Part shown: positions 29,349 to 42,139 of the stretch, in pieces
Layout: each line of letters opens with the position of its first letter
How positions within the stretch are numbered: the stretch's first letter is position 1
Assembly (NCBI RefSeq): GCF_009914755.1
Contig: NC_060929.1
Length of the DNA stretch: 64,000 nt
Reading direction: 5' to 3' (one strand)
DNA from: the human T2T-CHM13v2.0 reference genome, Homo sapiens
Notes under the pieces: model-generated
What the model was told of the DNA's origin: nothing
What the model saw: only the letters and a program-made list of their open reading frames with translations
The model's database searches: none
Translations under genes and position numbers: made by a program

Positions 29349-31311
29349 AAACTCTTTGTTAAGAAAATGATTCATGCCTCTAAGTTATGCCTCCTGGCTT
29401 TTTTTCTTAAATAAAAAAGATCCATTTTATGAACAGATGAACTGAAATTACCATTATTTTGATAGTTATGTCAGAATGTCTCACCACTGCACCTTCACAG
29501 TTTGCATGAATTACTGGTGCCGCCCAAGGCTAGCTGTCAGGGAGCTCAGTGCGGCAGCAAGGCAGTTTGTCACATCTTTATGTCTTTCTTCTTTCCTACA
29601 CAGGCACAGGCAGTCAGTTCCAAACACACCATTTTCTAATATGAAGGGCAGCAAACAATAATGGCTAAAAGCAATTTCAGTACCTTATCTCCACTGCCTG
29701 ATCATGCACCACCTCCCACCCCCAGGTCAATGGTTCTGATTCCTGTTTATGACCATAGGCCGCTAAGGGAGCCCCATCTTCAGCCTTTCTTATTATGTTA
29801 AAGGCCTATAGTCCTGCTGGGGCAGAGAAGCCCACCAGAGAATGAATAGTGGCTCAATTTTTCTCAGAAGCCCAGCAGTATGTAATTATTCCAGTAATCC
29901 CATAGGCATTCAGATTGAAATCGTCATCATCCATGACAAATAATTATTAAGTCCCACTTTGTGTTTGGTTTCTAGGTATAATGAATGAGGTGGCAGAAAG
30001 TTTTTCGGTTAAAAGGACTAAAATCCATTTAATGCCTGGATGGACATCAGAATTAGGTGACAGATGAATCATGTGCCAGTCAAGGCAAGAAATGGTCTTT
30101 TCCGAAGTGGATATAAGCACTAAGTTGAGAGTCTCCCGATTGTTCCTTAGACTTTCTAGTTCCCACAACCTTGGGGACTCTGTAGGTGCCTACTGGGTAA
30201 GTGCTTGTTAATTTATTGTGTTTAGTATTTTAGAATGATAGAAACTGTTCTCTACTTTGGAAATGAGCAAAATAAGTTTAAATGTTGATAGTGTGTAATG
30301 ATGTCTACATTCGCAGGTGGGGAAGAATTTAGAGAATTAAAAACAAATGTGTGAGCAGCCTCTTTAGATGAGCAAGGGAGGCTGTTCAGGTGTCCACCTG
30401 TGGACAAAGTATAATAATTTGTCCTCAGGCATAGGTGCTTTGGTGTTCTCTGAATGCATCCATGCCTGGTGGGGAGGAAGACTATTACCTAGCTTCAGTT
30501 TAGGCATAAATGAGTGAGAACAAAAATGCTTAGGCTTTGGCATAGTTTTGAGAAAAGATCAGTGCCTGTTAAGATTTCTAGACTCTTGGATCCTGGGAGG
30601 CAGTGGACAGAGAGTGGTGGAGAGATAACAATGACACTGCTGCCTTCTGTAAATGTCCTCATCTGCAAAATGTCTGGGTTGGATTGTCCAGCTTGAGCTC
30701 AGTGCTCCTTTCCTTCCTTGTCCATGGTTACTTCCTCCTTTGGCTCTTTCCCATTTATTTATTCATTTAACATTTACATAGTAAAGAACTGTGGGGCAAG
30801 ACAGCCCCTGTCCCCCACCCCCCACCCATGTGGCTCCAGGTAGTAGGAGAGACAGATAAATGAGCAGATGGTTGCAGTCTAGTGGGGTAGGTGACATGCA
30901 GCCTGAGGACGGCTGGAAAATGCCAGGCAAAGGGCTGTGATAGGAGAACTTGAGGAGGGTGGAGAGGGAGTATCCCAGGAGAGGCCTGGAAGTGAGGGAA
31001 CAAGCGAGGTATGTGCTATCAGGGGCACAAAGTCCCTCTATTCTCTAACTGGGGGTCTGCAAAAAGCAGGAAAGTGTATTGTGGAGAGCAGTAAAGAGGT
31101 CAGGAAAAGGCAGGGCACTGGAGGTTCTTTTCCTTTCTTTTTCTTACTTTTCTTTCTTACTTTGAAACCTCTCCATTTATGTGGACTTCCTCTAGTATGG
31201 AAATATGGGGACAAATAAATCCCTGCCCCCATCCATGCCCCCCACCATCTGAGTGCTCTCAGACACGCAGGTCGGGTGGTAGGAGAAGTGATGATGGGCT
31301 TCGTTGTCCAG

Positions 31312-31672
31312 CAGAGCGGTTCTCAAGTGCTCGCAGACATCAGAATCGCCTGGAGAGCTTGCTGAAACACAGACCGCAGACCCTCACCCTTGAGTTGCAG
31401 TTTCAGCACATCTGGGGTCAGGCCCCAAAATTTGCATTTCTTACAAGTTCCCAGGGGGTGCGGCTGCTGCTGATGGGTGGTCCTCGCTCTGAGACCTGCC
31501 CTAGACCCTCCTTTCTCAACCTGTAGTCCCAGAACCAGCAGCATCAGCATGGCCTGGGGCATGTTAGAAATGCAGCATCTTGGACTTTAACCCAGACCTC
31601 CTGAAGCGGAACCTGCACCACAAGCTCCCCGGTGGCTCCCATGCACGCGACAGTCAGAGAACACTGCTCTAG
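31312..31672. mobile_element. Two adjacent MER5A-type hAT-Charlie MITEs
   Basis: catcagaatcgcctggagagcttgctgaaacacag...tttgcatttcttacaagttcccagg, followed by cagcagcatcagcat...ttagaaatgcag...gagaacactgctctaga. Confidence 0.75.
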
Positions 31673-32079
31673 ATGTCCAGAGCCTTTAGTCCAGGACTTT
31701 GAGATGTTTCCTCCAAGCAAAAAGCCTTCCACGGGCTCCCGCTCAAGTCCTGGGCCTGCGGTGCTGAGACAGGGCAGTGGCGTCTTGGTGCTCAGGCCTT
31801 GGGGTTAGGAGGTAGGAGGAAGGAGATCCTGACCATGAGAGAGAGACCTCCGTGGCCACAGCCTGCAGGTGACATGTAGCAGAAACACTTTCTCTCCTTG
31901 GTGCATTCCCACAGCCTGTGAGGGGCTCAACAGCACTGCTGAGCCACATCCTCCCAAGTACACAGAGAGGCAGAGGGCTGGACCCCAGTCTGGAGGGAGA
32001 TCCCACGGCACCACGCTAGAGAGTCCTGCCAGCTTAGGTCCTCCCTGTCTGTCTGGCCCTCTCAGAAATATGCAGTGTT

Positions 32080-32951
32080 GGATCTAAAACATATAAAGAA
32101 TGTTTATAGATCAAAAATAAGAAGACAACCCAATAAGAAAATGGGCAAAAGGTTTGAATAAACATGACAGAGAAGATATATCAAATGCCAATAAGCCCAT
32201 GAAAATATGCTCAACATCACTAGTTAGTAAGCAAATGTGAATAGAGCCATAGTGGGATACCCCCACACTACACCCATTAGAATGGTAAACAAATAAAACA
32301 GCAGAACAAAATGCTGATCATAACAAGCATTGGAGAGGGTATTGGGCAGCTGGAACTCTCCCATAGTGCTAGTGGAAATGTCAAATGGTACAATCACTTC
32401 CAGTTTGTCAGTTTCTTAAAAAGTTAAATGTATATTTACCGTACGAAATAGCCCTTCCATTCCTCAGTATTTATGCAAGGAAATGAAAACATGTGTACAG
32501 AAAAATGTGTACACAAATATTCACATCAGTTTTTCTGGATAATAGCTCCAAACTGAAATGAATGTCCAGAACAGGAGCATGGATAAACTAGAAGAAAAAA
32601 GCTAGAAAATAAAATGCAGGACTGATATGCACAATGTGGATGAATCTCAAAATTATTAGGCTGAGTGAAAGATCCAGAATAACAGTCCATACTCTATGAC
32701 TTCATTTATCTAAACTCTAGGAAATGGGAAGCAATCTATAGGGCTAGAAAGTGGCTAAGAGACTGATTGCCTGATGAAGGGGTGGAGGGAGGGACGGGGC
32801 AAAGGGGTACCAGGACATTTTGCAGGGCAGTGGAAATGTTTGTTATCTTGATTGTGGTGGTGCTTTTACAGTACTGTACATGTGTCAAACTGATCACATT
32901 GTGCACTCTAATATGCACAGTTTAGTGTACTTCCATCATACTCCAATAAAG
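32080..32951 (+). mobile_element. L1ME-type LINE-1 3' end
   Basis: gaaaatgggcaaaagg...atgctcaacatcactag...tgtggatgaatctcaaaattatt...atcttgattgtggtggtg...ccaataaag. Confidence 0.85.
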
Positions 32952-33241
32952 TCGAGGGCTGTGTGCCCCATTTCAGTGTTGGGAAAAACAAGAGTGGGTG
33001 ATGAACTGGCCACCCTGGGGGTATCTGATGTTCAGAGGCCAAACAGAACCTTGGGCGTAGGAAGAGGTCTCAGCAGCGTAAAAACACCCAAAAGCTTAAT
33101 GAGAAGGCTACAGTCAGAATCTGTGTGTCTGTTGACCGTGTCAGGACCCTGAATAGATTCAGGTAATTTACCAGACCTTTACTGGCCTTGTGCTGGCTTC
33201 AGAGATGGATAACAAGAGCAAGACATATATAAGAATTATTA

Positions 33242-33541
33242 GGCTGGGCGCAGTGACTCACGTCTGTAATCTCAGCACTTTGAGAGGCGGAGGCAAGTGG
33301 ATTACTTGAGGCCAGGAGTTAGAGACCAGCCTGGTCAACATGGCGTTTCTACTAAAAATGCAAAAATTAGCCAGGTGTGGTGGCACACGCCTGTAATCTC
33401 AGCTACTCAGAAGGCTGAGGCATGAGAATTGCTTCAGCCTGGGAGATGGAGGCTGCAGTGAGCTGAGATTGCATCACTGCATTCCAGCCTGGGTGACAGA
33501 GTGAGACTGTCTCAAAAATAAATAAATAAATAAATAAATAA
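33242..33541 (+). mobile_element. Alu (J/S) with a (TAAA)n tail
   Basis: Full dimer with a short deletion before the linker. Confidence 0.93.
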
Positions 33542-33849
33542 TTAAATGGAGAAATAGAGAGAAACAGAGACATGTAGAAAAACGATGAAAGGGCAGGCAT
33601 TAATTGTTGGCTGGTGTGGGGACACAGAGCATTTGTGCAAGAGATAGAGAGAGTGGGAGCGCTCTGCCTGCCCCCTGCATCCTCAGCAGGAAGTGAGGGT
33701 GAGCACAGAACCTCCTTCATTTGCTGCCCGGAGCTGCCATTGTTTAGTAGTGTTGTATCAACTTGGTTATTTATGCCTCTACCTCAGTTTTCTTACCTGT
33801 AAAATGGGGATAATACCTATCCCCTAGAGTTATAAAATTTTCCATTAAT

Positions 33850-34575
33850 AAGCGTTATTTTTTAGAGCAGTTGTGGGTTTGTGAAGAAATTTTGCAGAAA
33901 GTACAATTTCTCATATACCCCTTCTCTCCCTTTCCTATTTCATAGTTCCTCTGGGTTTCGACAAACGCATGTCATGTATTCATCATCACAGTATCATACA
34001 GAACAGTTTCACCGCTCTAAAAATCCCCCATGCTCCATCTCTTCATTCCTCCCTTCCTTCCTCCCCAACTCCTGGCAACCACTGATCTTTTTACTGTCTC
34101 TATAGTTTTGTCTTTTCCAGAATGGCATATAGTTGGAATCACAGTAGGTAGCCTTTTTAGACTGGCTTCTTTCACTTAGAATATGCATTTAAAATTCCTC
34201 TATGTCTTTTCATTGCTTGAAAGCTCATTTCTGAATAACACTTCATTATAAATATGGACCAGTTTGCTTATCCACTAATCTACCAAAGGGTGTCTTGGTT
34301 ACTTCTGGTTTTTTGACAATTATGAATAAAGGTACTATAAACATTTGTGTGGAGGTTTTTGTGTCGATATAAGTTTTCAATTCATGGGGGTAAATACCCT
34401 AGGAACTCAATTGCTGGAAAGTACAAGCCTATTTTAGCTTTGTAAGAAACTATCAAACTGTCTTCCCAAGTGGCTGTGCCATTTTGCATCCCCACTAGCA
34501 ATGAATAAGAATGCCTGTTGTTCCACATCCTCACCAGCATTTGGTGTTGTCTGTGTTTTGGATCTCAGCCATCTG
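33850..34575 (-). mobile_element. L1MC-type LINE-1 3' end
   Basis: ttattttttagagcagtt...ggcaaccactgatctttttactgtctc...ccacatcctcaccagcatttgg. Confidence 0.85.
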
Positions 34576-34870
34576 TAGGGTTTCCATAAGCACTGAATAA
34601 AATGATGAATGTAAATCTCTGATCACAGGCCCTGGTACAGAGGCGTTGCTCGGTATCCAGCAGCTGTTGTTACTATCTTTGATACCTTTCCTCCTTTGCC
34701 CGTGCCCTTCCTCCTCTTCTTGGCCTGCTTTAATCCTCTCTTTTATTTAAGGCACAGTTTTCAGTTTTTAATCTTTGAAAACTCTTTCTCCTCCTCTCTG
34801 CCAGCCTCTTCCCCTGAACTCCTTGTCACTTCTAATTAGACTTGTGACATGCATGGTTCAATAATCACTT

Positions 34871-34917
34871 GCAGTATTAGGATTCTACAGAGAAACAGAC
34901 CTATAGGAGGTTATCTA

Positions 34918-34997
<80 letters not shown>

Positions 34998-35459
34998 ATC
35001 TATCTATCTATCTATCATCTATCTATCATCTATCTATCTATCTATCTATCTATCATCTATTATTATTTCTCTGTCTGTCTATTATCTATCTATCTAGAAA
35101 TATTTGTTTTAAGGAATTGGCTGCTCACATGGTGATGAGACTGGCAGGTCTAAAATCTGCAGTTTGGGCTGCAGACCCAGGGGAGACCTAGGGGAGAGCA
35201 GATATGCGGTTCAAGTCTGAAGGCTATCTGATGGCAGAATTTCTTCTTGCTCAGGGGAGATCGATCTTTTGTTGTATTCAGGCCTTCAACTGACTGGATG
35301 AGGCCCACCCACATTATGGAGGGTTACTGCTTTTCTAAGAGCCCACCAATCGAAATATTAATCTCATCAAAAACACCCTTACAAAAACATCCAGAATAAT
35401 GTTTGACCGAATATGTGGGCATTGTGGCCCAGCTAAATCACATAAAATCGACCATCGCA
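34871..35459 (-). mobile_element. MLT2-type ERVL solo LTR
   Basis: gattctacagagaaacagacc...aaggaattggct...ccttcaactgactggatgaggcccaccc...cacataaaatcgaccatcgca. Confidence 0.88.
34912..35096. repeat. Compound (TCTA)n/(TCA) tetranucleotide STR
   Basis: Directly visible inside the MLT2 LTR. Confidence 0.95.
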
Positions 35460-36309
35460 AGTATGTGGATAGTGTTTTGACATTAAATTAGGAGCAAGAA
35501 CCTTGTTCTGAACTTTTTCCATCCCAGCCAGCTCTAGCACTGAGGCAGATTCTAAACGGGCATGATAAATATTGGCTGAAAGAATGCTTGAGGGAAAGAG
35601 TCCTTTAGTTACCTGGTTTCAGATGTAGTATGCGGGGGTGATAAGGTGACTGCCATAATACCAGAGTGATCATTTACATTAAGGTATTCTTGCTTGAAGG
35701 AATTCACCACAGAGGATAATTTTGAATTATGTGAAAAATTTACAGAAATTTTAAAGATAGTGGTATTTCCAAATGAATTAGGGAGGCAAATTATAAACCT
35801 TTGTGATTTTGACTACCTGCCTCCTCTCCTTTTATTCCTTCTTCACTTTGGAGGGATATAAAATAAGAATGAACTGAAACTATACTTGCAGGTGTCCAAG
35901 GTTTCTATGGAGACAGATCTTTGTAATTATTACTTTGTGGGTTGTTAGGAACTCACCTGTGAGGTACAGTGAGTGGAAAGTTCTGAGAGTCTGTGGCTCA
36001 GCCATCGTGACTATGTAACCAGTATTGGTCGGTGGCCCAAGGTCTCTCTCCTTTCAGGGTTCAACCTCCAACCTTATTTCTGCTTCCTTCATGTTGGAAT
36101 TCACACTGTGAGGTAAATACACCATAGTACAGCTAAAGAAATAAACAAGCAAAGGCCAAGGGGATCATAATACACAGGGTGGTCACCATGGTCAGGCGAT
36201 ATTAGCTCACAAGGACAAAAGAACAGAGGCATTTGGATAAATCCAGCCATCAGGAGCAACAACTGCTGTAAATATTGTTGAATCACACACTTTCAGAACT
36301 GCAAAGGTT

Positions 36310-36625
36310 TTTGAGGGAATAAGGTATAGCTGGAAGGAACACAAGATTGAAAGTCAGAAATTCTGGGTTCAGAACTTCAATCTGCCATACTTATGTGCAA
36401 TCTTAGCTGATCCAAGTGGCCTCTCTGAATTTCAGCATGTTCATTTCTATATTTGGGAAATGAGATTTTATAATTGTATTTTATCTTCATGGTCTGTTGG
36501 AGCAATTGAATGAGCTACCATTTGTGAAGGCTCTATGCCAATATTATTATTGAGCTACACTCTTTCATTTTACTAGTGGGGAAGCTGAGATTCAGAGAGG
36601 TTAAGCGATTTTTTCAAGGTAGGAC
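36310..36625. mobile_element. MIR fragments
   Basis: tctgggttc...ctctctgaatttcagcatgttcatttctat and gaagctgagattcagagaggttaag. Confidence 0.55.
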
Positions 36626-36771
36626 ATTGATGCTGTAAAGCTTTGTCTTTTCTTTCAGTGCCTTGTTGTTGACTCATGGATGTTGAGAATCGCTAACATT
36701 CACTGAGCCACAAACCGTGCTAAATGCTTTATGTGTATTTTTTCCTCAGCAAAACCTTATGAATTTGGTAC

Positions 36772-37372
36772 TTGTATCAGTTTCTTTCTACTGCATAATA
36801 AACCCCCATGTCGAGTGGTTTAAAACAATGCCCATTTATCAACTTACACTTCTGTAGCTTAGAAGTCTGGGCATGGCATGACTGAGTCCTCTGCTCAGGC
36901 TCTGATGAGGCTGAAATCAAGGTGTTAGCCAAGCTGTGTTTCTTTCTTGGGGTTTTGGAGAGAATCCACTTTGAAGCTCATTCAGATTGTTGGTTGAATT
37001 TAGTTCCTTGCAGTTATAGGGGTAAGATTTCCATTTCCTTGTTGGCTGTCAGCTCGGTCTTGGAGGCCTCCCATACTTCTTGCCACTTGGCCCCTGTAGG
37101 CAGTTAACAACCTGGTCATTTCTACTTCTTTCAGGCCAGCAGGAGTTCATCACTCTGGCTTTTTTTTCTCTGTGTCTGGTTGAAAATGCTCTGCTTTGAA
37201 GGAGCTCACCTGATTAGGTCAGACCCACCCAGACAATCTCCCTTTCTTAAAGTCAATCAGTGCCATATAACGTAACCTAATCAAGGGGGTGAAATCTATC
37301 ATATTTACAGTCCTGGAAATTATACACTAGGGAGTATGCATCTTGGGGCCATCTTAGAATTCTACCTACCTT
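36772..37372 (-). mobile_element. MLT1E/F-type MaLR solo LTR nested in a MIR (MIR at about 36690-36771 and 37373-37530)
   Basis: tgtatcagt...aggctgaaatcaaggtgttagcc...gattaggtcagacccacccagacaatctcc...ggggccatcttagaattctacctacc. The MIR core ccattttacaggtgaagaaactgag follows. Confidence 0.8.
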
Positions 37373-38628
37373 GGCACTATTATTAACATGTCCATTTTAC
37401 AGGTGAAGAAACTGAGAACAGAAAAGGTTAAGTAAACTGCCTGAGGCCACACAGTAGTAAGTGAAAGAGCCAGGAATCAAAACTAGGACTGGCTTCTTCC
37501 AGAATCCATGCTCTTAGGCCCTCTGTTATGCTACCTCTTGCTGCTGCCAAGACCCATGGGGCTCTTGAGAAGACCCTGTTCTTCTGATCAGGAGGGAATG
37601 ATAGTGCTCGGTCTGACAAATAAATCTCTGTTGGAGATGGCCATTTACCCATAGTCACCAAAGTTTACCCAGCGGCAATGTGGGCCATGAATACGTTTCT
37701 TCTGGTTACTATGCTGCCTTAGGCCAGCAAAAACATTCTGGGGCCCTTAAGTGATGCATGAATCCAATTTCAGGAAACCTGGTGGGCTACTGCAAGAGCT
37801 GATTATGTCAAATGTCCTTTTCAATGTCTCTAAAGAGGTGTCTTGCAGGTGCTAGTCTGTTTTGCTTCCACCCAGGTAAAGCACATGCACCCCTTTGTAC
37901 GCAGTTCTCTCTCTTTTTCTCCCCCACCCTTTTGAAAGAGGCATCATGTGTGAGGACAGCAGGTGTCTGGACACAGTCATAGCACCACCTATAGATGCAG
38001 AGGGGGAGACGCCCAAGTGGAGCCCATGCTTCATGATGCCCCCCATCATGTAGCCACACGCCTGCCATCTCCTCCTTCATGGTGTCTGCGCCTCCCTTCT
38101 GATGAGGTGGATCTGGACCCAAATGCTGGGGCTTGGGGGATGTGGGAGGCTGGCCAAGGAGTGTTTTATTTCTGCAAGGTGTTTCCCTTACTGCTTAGAG
38201 GTGAAATAAGCAGGGAAGATATCATGCTTGCATTTTATAGCCCTTGCTGTTGACCACTGGAAGAGATTTTGGGTTTGAATGAAATATTCACAATCACCTA
38301 CACATTGGCTTTAGTATTCATCTCCATAGATATAATCCTTTAAAAACACAACTTAAATTCCTTGGCTTGAATTCCTAAGCTTCTGTACAGAAATCAGGAA
38401 GAGAGAATTTTCTTTGGTTGGAACTCATTGCTGATTAGGGACATGGTATTTGTGTAAGGGTGGGGAGGAGTGGGATTCTTCCATGGAGGCAGGTTCTGGA
38501 ACCCTCAAAGCAGCACATTCGCAAGCCCGACGTATAATTTGGAGCTTCCATGTATGCTCTTGACATCTTTCCAAACGAGGTCTGGTAAACTTCTCCAGGA
38601 TGTTCTTCCTTATTCCTTGAAAGGTGGT

Positions 38629-38995
38629 TGATATAGTTTGGCTGCCTCTTCACCCAAATCTCATCTTTAATTTTAATGCTCATAATCCTTATGTGTCGAA
38701 TGAGGGAACTAGTGGCAGGTGATTAGATCATGGGGGCAGTTCCCCCATGCTGTTCTCCTGATAGTGAGTGAGTTCTCATGAGATCTGACGGCGTTATAAG
38801 GCAGTTTTCCCTGCTCTTGCTTGCTCTCTCTCAACTTCCGCCACGTAAGACGTGCCTACTTCACCTTCTGCCATGATTGTAAGTTTCCTGAGGTCTCCCC
38901 AGCCACGCAGAACTCTGAGTCAATTAAACCTCCTTTCTTTATAAATTACCCAGTCTCAGGTATGTCTTTAAAGCAGTGTGAACAAGACTAATACA
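38629..38995 (+). mobile_element. THE1-type MaLR solo LTR
   Basis: TGATATAGTTTGG...GACTAATACA termini with a 5-bp TSD gtggt / gtgat. Confidence 0.93.
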
Positions 38996-39204
38996 GTGAT
39001 CTCAGGAAGATGAGGAGAAAAGACAGGAACTCTGTTAGCATAGTAATACTTTGTGCTTTTGTGGCAAGCATGGTAAATAGTAACAAGAGGAACATTTATT
39101 TGATTTGTTTGCTGGGGAGGCTCAAAAGAACCAACTAGTCCCTCTGGCTTCATTGAGGGGGTCCACTCGGGAGGCATCAGGAGATTGGTTAAAAACACTG
39201 AGGC

Positions 39205-39778
<574 letters not shown>

Positions 39779-39879
39779 TTATAGGAGTTTCTTGAACAAA
39801 TACATGAAATAATCTTGAACATTACACACCTTTGTTATTCTCAAAGGCATCATGTGTTCCATATGACCTTGACCTTGGT

Positions 39880-40390
39880 GGCAGGGGCAGAAAAGCTCCA
39901 CACTCAGCCTTCCATGCTCTCTTCTCTTCCCTGGGGGCTTGAAATCTGCAAACCACCCTCCCTTCCTGTTAGGTCTGCCAGTGCTCCCACAGTGGAGGGC
40001 ATTCACTGGGAGCAGGTGGGGAGACTTAGGGAGGCCGCTGGCAGCAGTGAGTGGCTAAGGGCGGCCGTGGGCAACTGCATCATGGCGGCTTTGGTGGCAC
40101 CAGCGGGCCTGTAGGCTCCTTGGTTCCCCATGGGCAGCAGCAGTGCCTTCTCCAGCAGGAGCGCCACGTGCAAGTTCTTGTCCACAGGCAGCAGCCGCTT
40201 GCAGACGGTTGGGTAACCCCCTTCGCCTTGGTGCTCCTATGCCCAAACCAAATCTTTTCTTTCTCGTATGTTCTTCCAGGCCTTCTACCACTTCTATAAC
40301 TAAGCGTCTGTTTACATCCTTTTCTCATCAAAATATCCCCAGGGGTTTCATTTTCCTGAGCGAACACCGAACACCGACCCAGCCAGCAAT
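39880..40390. mobile_element. Ancient MaLR LTR (MLT1M/N/O-like)
   Basis: The minus strand reads gttcgctcaggaaaatgaaacccctggggatattttgatgagaaaagg...ctgctgctgcc...ggcagacctaacaggaag...tttgcagatttcaagcccc...gtgtggagct, resembling old MLT1 LTRs from recall. Confidence 0.55.
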
Positions 40391-41134
40391 CTTGCCCAAG
40401 TCTAAGATCATTCCCAAAGGGGGCCCAGACTTGCCTGTTTGTGTTCTCTTAGCTTTCAGGTTCAGTGTGACAGCTTTGTGGAGCCTCGCACCTATGGTTA
40501 AGAATTGTTAACATCATTGTCTTTTTTTTTTTTTAAAGGCAACCAACCAGGGGACTGATGGACATATCAATATACTGTAGTGACTAAAGCTAGGGAAGAA
40601 ATTATAGGACAATGTACAGTGATAGAAATTTGAAGCTGAACTCCTCTTGACAGCCTCTGCCCTTCTACTCATCAGGATGTTAGCTGTTACACAAGCTTTG
40701 TCAAAAGGTGACAGAATTGTCAGTCAATGTTATGTGATGAACTTGGGCTGACACTGGTTGCTCTACTGATTTTTCTTAAGCTATACTACAGCAGGTCCTC
40801 AGATAACGTCATTTCATTCAGCATCATTTTGTTATAACATTGATGAGAAAAAAAATTGCTTCCCAGCTGGGGCCATTGTCTATGTGGAGTTTGCATGGTC
40901 CCCCATGTCTGTGTGGGTTTTCTCTGTGTACTCTGGTTTCTTCCCACATCATGAAGATGTGTGCATTAGGTGCATCGGCATGTCTAAATAATCTCATCTG
41001 GAGTGAGTGTGGGTGTGTGTCAGTGCACCCTGTGATGGGATGATGTCCTGGCCAGGGCTGGTTCCAATCTTGCAGCCTGAGCTGTTAGGATAGGTTCTGA
41101 CCACCCGTAACCCTGAAGTGGTATAAGTGGGTGA

Positions 41135-41461
<327 letters not shown>

Positions 41462-41611
41462 TAAATGGATGTATAGCTCACATTTATTTCAATGTTTAAC
41501 ACTGGAAATGTTTTGGTCTTTGTTTAGAAGTTTGGTGACGTTTTTGCAACCAGAAATATGCCATAGGAATTTAACTCTTGTCTATACCAAATAGCCAATG
41601 GAAAGTTGTTA

Positions 41612-41932
41612 TCTTTTTTTTTCTTTTTTCTTTTTGGTGCTGGTTGTTTTTGTTTTGTTTTGTTTTGTTTAGAGACGAGGTCTCGGTCTGTGGCCCAGGC
41701 TGGACTGCAGTGGCATGATCATAACGCACTGTAACCTCAAACTTTTGGGCTTCAGCAATCCTCTCGTCTCAGCCTCCCAAGTGGCTGGGAGGACAGGCAT
41801 GTGCCACCATGCCTAGCTGATTAATTTTTTTTTGGTAGAAGTAGGGTCTTGCTATATTGCCCAGGCTGGTCTTGAACTCCTGTTCCCAAGCCATCCTCCT
41901 GTGTTGGCCTCCCAAACCACTAGGGTTATAGG
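41612..41932 (-). mobile_element. AluJ SINE with a (GTTTT)n-degenerate tail
   Basis: Antisense Alu body 41670-41932. Confidence 0.88.
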
Positions 41933-42139
41933 CAAGATTGGTTTTATTTTAAGTTGCAGTTTCCAAGAACCCACTGATGACGTTAATTGAGGACTTACTA
42001 CATATTTCACAAAGGGGATGGGTGATATGAATATGATTTACTTTTAGAGAATGAAGCAGGGCATGAGTGATTAAGTGATATTTTTCAAATACATATTTAT
42101 TTATGTATATTATTTTGAATATATGTTTCAGGTGAGATG

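Noticed and set aside
40003-40367. GC-rich overlapping ORFs (e.g. KRLLPVDKNLHVALLLEKALLL) as a processed pseudogene
   Set aside because: There is no recognisable protein family, poly(A) tail or TSD. Both flanks resemble an old MLT1-type LTR with CTG-rich internal tracts. A tblastn hit to a real gene would overturn this.
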